Shown: positions 17,382-26,770 of the stretch, piece after piece
Layout: every line of letters starts with the position of its first letter
Numbering within the stretch: the first letter of the stretch is position 1
From: a virus
Strand: one strand, 5' to 3'
DNA length: 64,000 nucleotides
UHGV virus genome: UHGV-0113858
The notes under the pieces: model-generated
Seen by the model: the letters and a program-made list of their open reading frames with translations, nothing else
Databases searched by the model: none
What the model was told of the DNA's origin: nothing
Made by a program: the position numbers and the translations under genes

Positions 17382-18112
17382 TTATTTTTCTGGTAAAACG
17401 CCTCCGCAAAACCGCGAGGTGTACAACTACGAATATTTTTAGTCTTGGTGGATTTGCCACCACACTTCTTCCAGCCTGGATTGTCCTTGTACAATTCCTT
17501 CACAGGAAGCTTGTCAGGCTGTTTTGCGCCATTGCCCATCCAAATGCACGTCTTCTTGTTATACGCGTCCTGAGGAGGGTATACGTGCGGATATAGTGGG
17601 TGTATATCAGTGGTTGGGAGATACCCGCCGTAATCCTTAGGATCAAACATGTAATCAGGTTTTCGATACATTGAAGAGAGAACACCGACAGGGTTTTCAA
17701 AGGCCCACGGAACATTATATAAATCTCCAACCTTCTCTACCAATAGGCAAAGTTCCATTGCTTCTTTCTGGAAGTTAGGGTTTGCTGCTCTTTTCTTAGC
17801 CCAATGACGTGAACCTGCATTGGTCAGGTGAGTACATTCCGGGAAACCAAAGACGATGTGAACATTGTCACCAACCATTTCTTTGATCTCTTGAGCTTGT
17901 TGAACGGTCTTGTCGTGGAAGAACCACATCCCGACTTTAACAAGGTCACCCTCGCGGGTGACTCCTGGTGAATGTTGACCATCAAAAGTCCAAACTTCAT
18001 AGCCAGCCTCTAACCAAGGACGAGCCATGACCGAAGTGTAATCATAAAGAATGATCACTTTCTTCTTCAAACGGCCTCCGTTAGTGGAAACTGACTCCTT
18101 GGTGATCGACAT
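17378..18112 (-). CDS. C5-cytosine methyltransferase-fold protein with degenerate SAM loop
   Basis: GFPECTHLTNAG matches motif IV (PC). FENPVGVL matches motif VI (ENV). N-terminal ILYDYTSVMARPWLEAGYEVW aligns to motif I, but FxGxGG is replaced. Confidence 0.55.
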   Translation of the reverse strand: MSITKESVSTNGGRLKKKVIILYDYTSVMARPWLEAGYEVWTFDGQHSPGVTREGDLVKVGMWFFHDKTVQQAQEIKEMVGDNVHIVFGFPECTHLTNAGSRHWAKKRAANPNFQKEAMELCLLVEKVGDLYNVPWAFENPVGVLSSMYRKPDYMFDPKDYGGYLPTTDIHPLYPHVYPPQDAYNKKTCIWMGNGAKQPDKLPVKELYKDNPGWKKCGGKSTKTKNIRSCTPRGFAEAFYQKNK

Positions 18113-18326
18113 TTGTTACCGTACCCGTCATAGAAATTGGGATAATTTTAACTAGAGTGTAGGTCAGATATCTAGCGCTTTCAGATTGCCCTGCGATAGT
18201 ATATCCTTCATCAAGATGTTCTGCCAACACTTTAGCCACGTAATTTGGACCACTGTGGTTATTGAATTCGAATTCGACGACTTTAACTTCGTGTTTCATT
18301 AAAACTCCTCCTCTTCCTGGAAGCAA
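18081..18326 (-). CDS. hypothetical protein (81 aa)
   Basis: ORF track; overlaps neighbours. Confidence 0.3.
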   Translation of the reverse strand: MLPGRGGVLMKHEVKVVEFEFNNHSGPNYVAKVLAEHLDEGYTIAGQSESARYLTYTLVKIIPISMTGTVTNVDHQGVSFH

Positions 18327-18583
18327 CCTACAATTTCAAGATTGCGAATATACTCGCGTAAATGATGGTATAGGACATCATCTGGAATGTCAACGTAGAT
18401 CTGTTTGCCTCCAGAGAATACAGCATAATACTCCAAATCTTGGAAACCGTTGTAATCTACATCGCTTTCACGACTGTTACGGTCGCCTTCCATCACAGAA
18501 TAAAGTGCTTCGACGGTGACGACACCCGCAGTAGGGTGGTCATAACTGAATTCGATCTCTACAGGAAGTGCGGCTTTACTCAT
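18299..18583 (-). CDS. hypothetical acidic protein (94 aa)
   Basis: ORF track. Confidence 0.4.
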   Translation of the reverse strand: MSKAALPVEIEFSYDHPTAGVVTVEALYSVMEGDRNSRESDVDYNGFQDLEYYAVFSGGKQIYVDIPDDVLYHHLREYIRNLEIVGCFQEEEEF

Positions 18584-18812
18584 TAAGTCCTCTCGCTTCT
18601 AAATTAATTACGAACGCGCCTTCTCCACGGCGAAGCTCGGTATCATCACGCCAGTCACGGAACATTCCCCCGGCGCGACCATGAAAATATATGCACTTAT
18701 CGGTTATCCGGGTAATCTCCCCGAATTCCCACTTTTTTGCTCCAGCATTGCCTTGAGAGAAGGCGATCTTGTCGCCAACTCTTGCCTCATTCCCAAAACA
18801 ATCTTTGATCAT
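18576..18812 (-). CDS. hypothetical protein (78 aa)
   Basis: ORF track. Confidence 0.4.
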   Translation of the reverse strand: MIKDCFGNEARVGDKIAFSQGNAGAKKWEFGEITRITDKCIYFHGRAGGMFRDWRDDTELRRGEGAFVINLEARGLNE

Positions 18813-19306
18813 TTAGACTCCAGTTCGGCCTTTAATTCAATATTCTGGTCAATCAGTGCCTCGATAAACTGAATTGCATGGACTGCTGCACTATGACAAC
18901 CGTCATCAAACAACTTCCGGCTTACATCATTACGTAAAGCGGCTGCATCACCATGCAGGCGAGTTTCCATATAAGTGCTTATGGTATTCCACGCGTTAGC
19001 ACCAGAACTTAGATATTCCAAAACTGCCAGCACATTCTGAGGGCAGGCAGTCGCAATGTATGTTGCATCCATATCATTGCGCCAAGCCGAAAGATTACCT
19101 GTGTTCTCATGGCGCACAACCGGGCCCATATTCCCGTCTGTCACAAACACTGTTTCCATGCCAGCATCTTCCGTTGAAAATGCAACCATAGCATGACCAT
19201 GTGAATCTATCCACCACTTACCTGGTGTTGCTTGTCTTGCGATGCGCTCCAAATCATCAATAAGCTTACAAATATTTTCACGATGTTTCATCTTCTGCGC
19301 CTTCAT
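18809..19306 (-). CDS. Ead/Ea22-like protein
   Basis: ATPGKWWIDSHGHAMVAFS...ATACPQNVLAVLEYL resembles the lambda ea22 C-terminal family. Confidence 0.45.
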   Translation of the reverse strand: MKAQKMKHRENICKLIDDLERIARQATPGKWWIDSHGHAMVAFSTEDAGMETVFVTDGNMGPVVRHENTGNLSAWRNDMDATYIATACPQNVLAVLEYLSSGANAWNTISTYMETRLHGDAAALRNDVSRKLFDDGCHSAAVHAIQFIEALIDQNIELKAELESK

Positions 19307-19616
19307 AACGAGTTAGGGTCAATTTAGTAACAGTCAGGCTCACACCTTCTGAAGTTTCTACCACAAAAGTATTGTGGACACCATCTAAAACTACGACGAT
19401 GAAGTCACCAACCGCAGGCGGCAGATCCGCAAGTTTCAGGGCAACCACTGCCTCTGCGTATTCACCATCATTGATGACTCGTATAGCGATATCATGTCCA
19501 GGACCTTGTTCTGTGAAGTCAAATACCCGAACTTCATTTTCTGTGGTTTCATCCTCTTTGGCAAAGAGCCAGTTAATTAGACGTTTGAACATTCTTCGCC
19601 CTCTTGACAATTTCAT
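19278..19616 (-). CDS. hypothetical protein (112 aa)
   Basis: ORF track. Confidence 0.4.
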   Translation of the reverse strand: MKLSRGRRMFKRLINWLFAKEDETTENEVRVFDFTEQGPGHDIAIRVINDGEYAEAVVALKLADLPPAVGDFIVVVLDGVHNTFVVETSEGVSLTVTKLTLTRYEGAEDETS

Positions 19617-19758
19617 GAATTATATCTTGGAGTCTTTCCCACGCTTCCAGTTCAGCTTGCTGCATCTCATCGTGATAATCTTGAGCGATATCACGGAGTT
19701 TCATTAGCTTTTCTGTTGTTACCTTACTCAGGTCAGTGAAGTCTTCAACCTGCATTTT
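19573..19758 (-). CDS. small protein (about 61 aa)
   Basis: The probable start is the internal MQVEDFTDL. The longer track ORF overlaps the upstream gene by 122 nt. Confidence 0.3.
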   Translation of the reverse strand, partial: KMQVEDFTDLSKVTTEKLMKLRDIAQDYHDEMQQAELEAWERLQDIIHEIVKRAKNVQTSN

Positions 19759-20203
19759 TGTTCTCCTCATAGAACTTAATCCACTTCTTAGTTGATTTGA
19801 TACCACCTTCCAAAGACTTGTCCCTCTGAACCGCCACCTGCTCAACAATACGGTTCTGTAGAGCAAAACTCATGCGATCCCCCAACCTACGGAATGGATT
19901 CCCCTTGTACCCATTGCCATTATGGATGCTAACTGCATCCTGTAACGAGATAAAGAATGGGCGACAAAGCTTTTTACATCGAGGGAATGCAAGCTGGTAG
20001 CCAAAGCGACCATCTTTAACTTCTGGGAAGTTAGAAAGACGACGAGGGACATACCCATAAGCAGACATCATCTCGTCAAGAGAGGCCATTTGGATGTGGG
20101 TAGTGTCCATAGCTTTTTCAGAGCGAGGAACCTGCCATTGATTCCATACTTCAAGTTCTTTGCGGAACTTGTCTACCAGCTCCAGACGAGAATATGATGC
20201 CAT
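19745..20203 (-). CDS. hypothetical protein (152 aa)
   Basis: ORF track. Confidence 0.5.
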   Translation of the reverse strand: MASYSRLELVDKFRKELEVWNQWQVPRSEKAMDTTHIQMASLDEMMSAYGYVPRRLSNFPEVKDGRFGYQLAFPRCKKLCRPFFISLQDAVSIHNGNGYKGNPFRRLGDRMSFALQNRIVEQVAVQRDKSLEGGIKSTKKWIKFYEENKNAG

Positions 20204-20212
20204 TATTTTCTC

Positions 20213-21523
20213 CTAAAATTTTCCTGGGAATGTGTCTTTGTAGAATTTAACAATTCTTTGGTCTACGATAATATCACGTTCTTTAACCGGACGCAACAAT
20301 CTTAAACCTTTTGTAGAAGTGGCCCTGCTAAAGGCAACATAGGCCATCCCAGGAGCAAAAGCTCCATAACCAAAGTCTATATTAACCTCTGGCAAAGTCA
20401 AGCCTTGAGCTTTGTGAATGGTCACTGCATAACCAAGGCGAATGGGTAAGTTTGTGTATGTTCCAACAACAATCTTTTCCAATTCCTCTTCAGTCTTACC
20501 ATTCTTGATAACCTTTCTTGGGAAGTATTCAACATTTTCCCAGACATTCTTTTCGATCTCTACAACCTTGCCATCTTCCAGTTCTACATCTACCGAAAAC
20601 TTCCTTAGGGCCTTGATGATACCCCGTGTTCCGTTTACAAATTTAGGACCGTCTTCATCTGGATTCTGATCATTAACGGTGATCATGACACGAGTCCCTA
20701 CCTTGAGGTGTAGACTCTCAGCAACTGGACGCTGGGCAAAATCTCCTGTTTTGGAGGCTTTGTAAATAACCTCTTCACCCTGTATCTGATCGTAATGCTT
20801 TTTGTTGATACGCTCCGCTGCGGCATTAGTTGAAGTTAGGGTAATCGCATTCAGTGCTGCACCTTTTGAATAGCACTGATTGTTGAGGAATTTAACTATT
20901 TCATCAATACGCTCGCCTTTCCTCATATGATTCAATAGCGATGAAAAATGCACGCTGTTTTGACGATAAATCTTGTCAAGAAGTACAGGGTATGGATTTA
21001 TCTCTCTCCAAGTGTCTGAGAAACACGACAATTCTGTGCTGTGGAGTTCGAAGTAAGCGTTTTCTTCAGAATCTGTCAGAACTGGAGGATTCTGAAAGAA
21101 ATCACCAAACATGATGACCTGAAGACCGCCGAAAGCTTTCTTAGGCTCCCTTCTCGCAACACGTAGTTTCTGATCCATTTCCCACAATTTGTCGGCTCGC
21201 ACCATAGATATTTCATCAATAATGATACGCTCAAGAGATTTGCTTTTTAAAAGTTTTTTAGGTTTAGTTTTTACTGTCTTACCATCATCTTCTGTGGCTA
21301 TCCCCATTGATAACCCGAAAGCTCGATGAGTTGTCATTCCATCAACATTAAGTGAAGCGACCCCTGTCGGGGCCACTGTTAATGTTGAACTTGGATACAG
21401 GGATTGGATTGTTTTGATCAGATGGCTCTTGCCACTGCCCCCCGGCCCAGTAATGAAAACGTTTTTGCCTTCAATGATAGCACCTAAGGCCTCTTCCGTT
21501 CCCACTCCAAAATCCTCTCTCAA
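20213..21523 (-). CDS. dda: Dda/RecD-like SF1B DNA helicase
   Basis: Walker A FITGPGGSGKSH, then downstream SF1 motifs; 436 aa. Confidence 0.8.
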   Translation of the reverse strand: MREDFGVGTEEALGAIIEGKNVFITGPGGSGKSHLIKTIQSLYPSSTLTVAPTGVASLNVDGMTTHRAFGLSMGIATEDDGKTVKTKPKKLLKSKSLERIIIDEISMVRADKLWEMDQKLRVARREPKKAFGGLQVIMFGDFFQNPPVLTDSEENAYFELHSTELSCFSDTWREINPYPVLLDKIYRQNSVHFSSLLNHMRKGERIDEIVKFLNNQCYSKGAALNAITLTSTNAAAERINKKHYDQIQGEEVIYKASKTGDFAQRPVAESLHLKVGTRVMITVNDQNPDEDGPKFVNGTRGIIKALRKFSVDVELEDGKVVEIEKNVWENVEYFPRKVIKNGKTEEELEKIVVGTYTNLPIRLGYAVTIHKAQGLTLPEVNIDFGYGAFAPGMAYVAFSRATSTKGLRLLRPVKERDIIVDQRIVKFYKDTFPGKF

Positions 21524-21524
21524 G

Positions 21525-22208
21525 TTACCCTCCTAATAAATTTTTTGTCTCGATACCGTATTGCAAGTCTCGCCTTATGTTTTTTACTATCATAAGCAAT
21601 CTTTCGGAGACTCTGTGGTCGCAAACACCACTGTGCGAATATCTGTCATGAATGTCTATTATATCCAAGATCTTAGCATTTTGCCACGCTTGATGTGCTT
21701 TGAACGGGTCATCAAAATACCCCAGATGCTGGCCTCTTCTTCTTGATTGAAATTTTTTAACCACAGAATGCCAAGAAACCCCAATGGGGAAATCCCCCCT
21801 AGCTGAATCCCGCAACAGAAAAAATTTATTCAGATAAGAAGGTACAAGCACAGATGTATTCCAACTGTAAATTTTTGACCCAGGTACAAGAATGTCCTTA
21901 TCTAAATTAAAATTATACACCTTGTCAACTATTCTTTTCCCACTTTCCTCGAGCCAAGCAACGTGTTGATCTTGACATTCAACCCACTCTCTGAAATTAG
22001 AGAACGTTTTCCACGCCTCTTCCACAACAACCCCGGAGTAGGTCGGTTTTTTATTCAGGGCTTTGTCTGAGTAACATCTTTCCAACATTTTACGCCACAG
22101 GGTGTAGTACGGGCACCTCCACGCCTGTGTGCGCTTACCACCAACAAGAGTGTACCGGGTTGTGGGATAAGGGGCATCATTAATGCCCTGTCCGTGGACT
22201 AAGGACAT
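21525..22208 (-). CDS. homing endonuclease with AP2 domain (paralog of 26122..26685)
   Basis: WRCPYYTLWRKMLERCY...HLGYFDDPFKAHQAWQNAKI, collinear with the 26122 ORF. Confidence 0.65.
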   Translation of the reverse strand: MSLVHGQGINDAPYPTTRYTLVGGKRTQAWRCPYYTLWRKMLERCYSDKALNKKPTYSGVVVEEAWKTFSNFREWVECQDQHVAWLEESGKRIVDKVYNFNLDKDILVPGSKIYSWNTSVLVPSYLNKFFLLRDSARGDFPIGVSWHSVVKKFQSRRRGQHLGYFDDPFKAHQAWQNAKILDIIDIHDRYSHSGVCDHRVSERLLMIVKNIRRDLQYGIETKNLLGG

Positions 22209-23443
22209 TAATCCTCCTTATCGAGATAAATTTCGTCCAGGATAGCACCCCTTACACCCACAACAATAACATCAGGAGCACCTGCTGGCTTTTCTTTTCC
22301 TGTCAATACCTCATAGCGGCAGCAGCGGCATTTCTTGTTATTGTAGTTATATGGTACGCTAACAATGTCTGCCGGGTCAACAGATACCTCAACCACATTA
22401 CCATAATCACGGGCATATTCCTTGGAGGCGATATGTAAACCCTGGCTACAAGCTTTGGTTGGGTCATCTTCAACCATGTTTCTTGGCATAGTGACTGTGG
22501 TGTTAGCCCAGTTAGGGACCAAGCCTGTGAACCAGTCACGAGGACCATTCTCAGTGCGTTTAAGACCCTTGTAGGCCAAGATGTTGCCATTCTCCAGAAT
22601 CTCGAACTTGTTATGCTCCAAGAAGTCGTACAGCATTTCAACCGATTTGTAAGAAGGATTGAGCATCAGCTTCCGCATGAACTCGACATAACGGTTATCG
22701 AACTTCCCCGTCTCGATATCGGAAACAATACGGCGAGCAATACCGCTTTCTTGTTTGATACCGTGCCAGTACAGAATTCCGTCTAGCAGCTTCATATCCG
22801 GTCCAAAGTCGATTGCCACTTCAGCTTTTGCAGCGATCCCCGCTTCAATAAGCGCTACGGCTTCGTCGATCTTGTTGTTTAACAGCAACATACCGACGTC
22901 GTTAAAGATTTCGCTGTTACTGCCCAGAGTATGAATGGTTCCATCTGGAAGTGTGATGGAAACGTTGCCTGGTGTCATGATGACAATGGGATCAGCTTTC
23001 GTGTCATCAACAACCGAAATCTTAATAGGCACAGGTGTAGGTTCTGGAAGCTGAGGAACAGTAACGCTCACTTCTACATCAGAAACTACGAACACCACTT
23101 CCCAGCGCTTACCACGCTTGCCAAGGTCCTTTACAACCCCCTCCTCTTTGTCATGTCCTGCTGTTGTCTTTGCATGATCGATAATCTTCGCATTCTGTAC
23201 AGTCTTAGAGAATGCTCGGGCTTCTCCCCGACTCGCAAAGAACATAGAAGCAGTTGGCGCAGGGTAAGTTTCCATATCGAAGGAAATCGTTTTTTCCGGG
23301 GAAGCACCAATACTGTCTTTGGGGACAACCATCCAACGCCCCTCTGCCAGCACCGCTGGGGATACACCACGGTCCACAACCTTCATACCACGACTTGCAG
23401 CACAAACACGAGCATCTGCACGGGATTTAAAAAGATCACTCAT
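22208..23443 (-). CDS. rIIB: rIIB-like protein
   Basis: C-terminal region ...CSQGLHIASKEYARDYG...IVSVPYNYNNKKCRCCRYEV aligns with T4 rIIB (CSRGLHVCSK...VVSIPIDYND). It lies immediately downstream of rIIA with an ATGA overlap. Confidence 0.7.
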   Translation of the reverse strand: MSDLFKSRADARVCAASRGMKVVDRGVSPAVLAEGRWMVVPKDSIGASPEKTISFDMETYPAPTASMFFASRGEARAFSKTVQNAKIIDHAKTTAGHDKEEGVVKDLGKRGKRWEVVFVVSDVEVSVTVPQLPEPTPVPIKISVVDDTKADPIVIMTPGNVSITLPDGTIHTLGSNSEIFNDVGMLLLNNKIDEAVALIEAGIAAKAEVAIDFGPDMKLLDGILYWHGIKQESGIARRIVSDIETGKFDNRYVEFMRKLMLNPSYKSVEMLYDFLEHNKFEILENGNILAYKGLKRTENGPRDWFTGLVPNWANTTVTMPRNMVEDDPTKACSQGLHIASKEYARDYGNVVEVSVDPADIVSVPYNYNNKKCRCCRYEVLTGKEKPAGAPDVIVVGVRGAILDEIYLDKED

Positions 23444-25431
23444 TATTTCTCTCCTTTGCTATCAATAAATTTACGATACTCAGCCACCTCTGGTGAGTTA
23501 AAATGTTCCATCGGGATGTGCTTCAGCAACGGGTAACGTTCTTTTACCTTGTTAATCAGGCTTTTCCCAACACGAATCCGTCCACTAACGATTCTTTCCG
23601 CAGTTTTTTCTGCTCGATAATACCCTTTAATATTGTAAAGGGTGTTAGCCATATTAACCTTTTGCTTGTACTCAGGGTCTTTAACTATCTCAACACCCAA
23701 GACTTTCAAGTCTTTAACAAGAGAAGAATACTCCGAGCGCTTAGTTAACTGGTTAAGATGATACTCTAACAGATTTGAACTTGCAACCTTATAAAGGTCG
23801 TCCTGTGTGATCATCCTAACATCATCATCCAACCAACTAACCCGATTTAAAGGTACGATGTACAATTTATCATCAATACCAAGATCCGACAAGAAGGTCT
23901 CTGGTTGATGACGGTTAGAAAGGTACGCCGTAGACCCAAGATCACAAGTCCCACGCGCCTGACCACCAGAATAAATCATGGCATATTTGATATCATCAAA
24001 TTCCGCACGGGAGATACGTGTTTTCCTAATAGATCCACTCTGCTCAATGATCCATACCGGATGCCCTGGTTCATACAGGCTATAGCCGCCATACTTTTTA
24101 TCCGATTTAGATGCTGGGCGTTTTTCAAGATCAGACAACTTGTGGATCATACCGGAAAAGAATGGGTTTTCAGACATTTCCAACACTTTTGCATTATCTG
24201 TCAGATAAACCGCCTTCCCAGATACGTCGAACAACTGATTACATTTGCTCCTAACCAGCTTATTGTCGTCGTTGTATACAAGATGGTAACCATTCATCAT
24301 CTCCGCATATGAATAGTCTTTGTCAGTTCTACGCTTCTCCCCGTGGCCGTTGTAAGTTACACATTCCTTCACGCTCACAGTGTCAACATAATCTCTGAAC
24401 AATTCTGCAATGTATTTTGCGCCGTATTTTGTAGCAAACCACCCGCCAACTCGCTTCATATACTCCAGAACATCCGCAAGTTTTGGAAGCTTGCGGAGTT
24501 CATGGTAAATTTCTTCACCACGGCGATCAAGGGCCGTCTGAACGAATGTCTTAAGGCGCTCTTCGAAGCCACGGTCATTCTTGCCCTCGATAGTCCATTC
24601 ACGTCCCGGATTGACATCGCAATCCCCGATTGGGATGGACACCATTATCAGGGGCCATTCAGGGTTATTGCTCAGAAACTTTGATTTGTACGGCTGTTGT
24701 CCCATAACCACAACGCTATCAGCATTGTTAGATACCGACGAATACATTTCCAGCATCCAACCAGATTCTTCATCTTTGAACGTATACTGCACCGGGTAGG
24801 TACGGTCTCGAATAGATGAAGTCACAAATGGGTCATTGATCTCGTAAGGGAACTTAGCATAACGCAGGCAACTGATAATTGCACGGCGGTATTTCTCAGT
24901 CTCTGCCGGGTCAACGTTGAATTTGATTTCAACACCATTTTCTTCTATGGTTTTTGACTCGTGGAGAGGCACAACCTCAGGTATCCCTTGGTCTTTATGA
25001 ACAGAGTACACAGTTTTAGTACCATCTTTGATGGAGATGACACTGAACATGTCCGTAACGGTGAACGGGGCCTTGGAACCAATACCTTTCGCACCGATCA
25101 GATCGTTGGATTCACGTTTGGTGGACGACCCCAGCATCATGAAGGTCTGGGTAACCATGTCAAAGTCCATCCCAATACCACCATCCTTGACAGAATACCA
25201 CGGTTCTAGGTCAGTTGGGGAGTGGATGATAATCGGTTTATCCCGGCATCCGGCTTCTGTGTGTGCATCTACCGCATTGAACAGGGGTTCACGACAGGCA
25301 GCAAGGATCTTGTCCTCATAAATACCATCGATCAAGATACTGAAAGTTTCAGCATTAATCGCGATACCAGCCTGATAGCGTTTGACGTTGGTACTAACTT
25401 CTACCTTCTTCTCATTACGCTCGATTATCAT
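23443..25431 (-). CDS. rIIA: rIIA-like protein (N-terminal GHKL ATPase fold)
   Basis: N-box NAVDAH, G1 DGGIGM, G2 ESNDLIGAKGIGSKAPF. These match T4 rIIA (NMIDAH...ESNDFIGGFGLGSKSPF). Length is 662 aa. Confidence 0.75.
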   Translation of the reverse strand: MIIERNEKKVEVSTNVKRYQAGIAINAETFSILIDGIYEDKILAACREPLFNAVDAHTEAGCRDKPIIIHSPTDLEPWYSVKDGGIGMDFDMVTQTFMMLGSSTKRESNDLIGAKGIGSKAPFTVTDMFSVISIKDGTKTVYSVHKDQGIPEVVPLHESKTIEENGVEIKFNVDPAETEKYRRAIISCLRYAKFPYEINDPFVTSSIRDRTYPVQYTFKDEESGWMLEMYSSVSNNADSVVVMGQQPYKSKFLSNNPEWPLIMVSIPIGDCDVNPGREWTIEGKNDRGFEERLKTFVQTALDRRGEEIYHELRKLPKLADVLEYMKRVGGWFATKYGAKYIAELFRDYVDTVSVKECVTYNGHGEKRRTDKDYSYAEMMNGYHLVYNDDNKLVRSKCNQLFDVSGKAVYLTDNAKVLEMSENPFFSGMIHKLSDLEKRPASKSDKKYGGYSLYEPGHPVWIIEQSGSIRKTRISRAEFDDIKYAMIYSGGQARGTCDLGSTAYLSNRHQPETFLSDLGIDDKLYIVPLNRVSWLDDDVRMITQDDLYKVASSNLLEYHLNQLTKRSEYSSLVKDLKVLGVEIVKDPEYKQKVNMANTLYNIKGYYRAEKTAERIVSGRIRVGKSLINKVKERYPLLKHIPMEHFNSPEVAEYRKFIDSKGEK

Positions 25432-25440
25432 CTACTTCTC

Positions 25441-25596
25441 CTACTTTTTGCAGTTATTTATATTTAGTCTAAAGGCCGCTGTAGCCATACCTATTGCGTA
25501 TGCTCCGCAAATTTGTTCCCAATACATGGGCTGTGACAGTGACAATATCACACACAGAGGGGTAATGCAAACAAATATTACTAAGAATTTCTTCAT
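25441..25596 (-). CDS. small membrane/secreted peptide (51 aa)
   Basis: GGGGG SD; product MKKFLVIFVCITPLCVILSL; not in the track. Confidence 0.3.
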   Translation of the reverse strand: MKKFLVIFVCITPLCVILSLSQPMYWEQICGAYAIGMATAAFRLNINNCKK

Positions 25597-25600
25597 GAGT

Positions 25601-25996
25601 TCATGCCCCCTGAGAATCTTCTTTCTCTTTATAATATATATGGTTATCGATCCTGACTGTGCGTAGCATGGCCTTTGTCCAGTAGGGTTTTACTTTTCGT
25701 GAATGGTAGTGAGTGGCCCCGTGTGTTATGTCCAGAGCATCGTAAACGATCCTGTTCTGTTTATGAATCTTGATCAGAACTTTAGCAAACTCTTGTGCCT
25801 TATCCCAGCGATCCTTTTCATAGACTTTAAACGTTGTTCCTGAAGATGTCCAGGAGAATTGTCCGGGCTGGTAGACAATCTTCTTTACTGTTCCAGGATA
25901 CTTATCGTTATCCTTACGATTCAAAGTTACGAATGCGATCGACATTAACCCGGAATCACTTTCTCCACGGGCCTCTCGATACATATTACATGCCAA
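25601..25996 (-). CDS. SleB-like cell wall hydrolase (Hydrolase_2 family)
   Basis: YREARGESDSGLMSIAFVTLNR...VYQPGQFSW. The track start is a TTG. The in-frame upstream codons encode a hydrophobic segment (LTILIALLTTLSTGPVIA) with no canonical start. Confidence 0.6.
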   Translation of the reverse strand: MACNMYREARGESDSGLMSIAFVTLNRKDNDKYPGTVKKIVYQPGQFSWTSSGTTFKVYEKDRWDKAQEFAKVLIKIHKQNRIVYDALDITHGATHYHSRKVKPYWTKAMLRTVRIDNHIYYKEKEDSQGA

Positions 25997-26121
25997 GATG
26001 TTTACCGCTGTATCATCTTTTTTGCACAGATGAATTACCTTGGGCTTCTTTGCAGCACTTTTAAGAGGCTCCGCGATGACTGGGCCTGTTGAGAGTGTTG
26101 TTAGTAGTGCTATTAAAATAG

Positions 26122-26685
26122 TTAGATATTTGATGTTAACCTCCCATTTTTGATGTCTTCTTTTAGTACGTTTGCCTTTCTACAAAGGCCATCTTTAAGT
26201 CTTTGGTCCTCAACTGTAGCAATGATGTTATTTATTTGCAATATCTTTCTTTTTTGCCATGCCTGATGGGCAAGAATTTGGTCATCATATCTTCCTAAAT
26301 AGATACTTTTACCGTTCTCTCGAATTGTTGCACAAAACTTACCTTTGTAAAAAGATACCCCTAGCGCATAATCGCCCCTTGCAGAATCCCTAGACAAAAA
26401 GAAGTTATTCAAAGATTGAGTAACAAAAACACAGGTCTCTGGGGAATATAATTTACCATTACCAAGGATATCCTTGTCAAGAGCCTTATTTTCCCAATCT
26501 TGAGACATCATCCATGCTTTGAAATTGCTGAATACGAGCCATTCAGAGCATACGGACACCCCGTTATAAGAGGGATGGTTCTCCAAGTATTGTGGGTCAT
26601 AGCATCTTGTCAGCATCCACAACCATCTTGAATAGTATGGGCACCTCCAGTTTGGGTTTCTTGTAGCCACAGGTGTGGTTACATC
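26122..26685 (-). CDS. homing endonuclease with AP2 domain (paralog of 21525..22208)
   Basis: WRCPYYSRWLWMLTRCY...IYLGRYDDQILAHQAWQKRKI. The start was chosen downstream of the 26741-26759 terminator. Confidence 0.6.
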   Translation of the reverse strand, partial: DVTTPVATRNPNWRCPYYSRWLWMLTRCYDPQYLENHPSYNGVSVCSEWLVFSNFKAWMMSQDWENKALDKDILGNGKLYSPETCVFVTQSLNNFFLSRDSARGDYALGVSFYKGKFCATIRENGKSIYLGRYDDQILAHQAWQKRKILQINNIIATVEDQRLKDGLCRKANVLKEDIKNGRLTSNI

Positions 26686-26740
26686 CATTATTCCAACACT
26701 AAAAACCTTTTTTCTTAATTTCAAATTTACACTCCAAATT

Positions 26741-26759
26741 AAAAAGCCCCATGCGGGGC
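26741..26759 (-). terminator. rho-independent terminator (minus strand)
   Basis: Minus strand reads GCCCC-GCAT-GGGGC followed by TTTTTAATTT, after the bactofilin-like gene. Confidence 0.5.
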
Positions 26760-26770
26760 TGTATTGCATA

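Noticed and set aside
23443-25431. GHKL ATPase initially considered as a topoisomerase II/GyrB-like or MutL/MORC-type defence ATPase.
   Set aside because: There is no TOPRIM or transducer domain. The motif order and C-terminal region, and the downstream partner, match T4 rIIA/rIIB much better.
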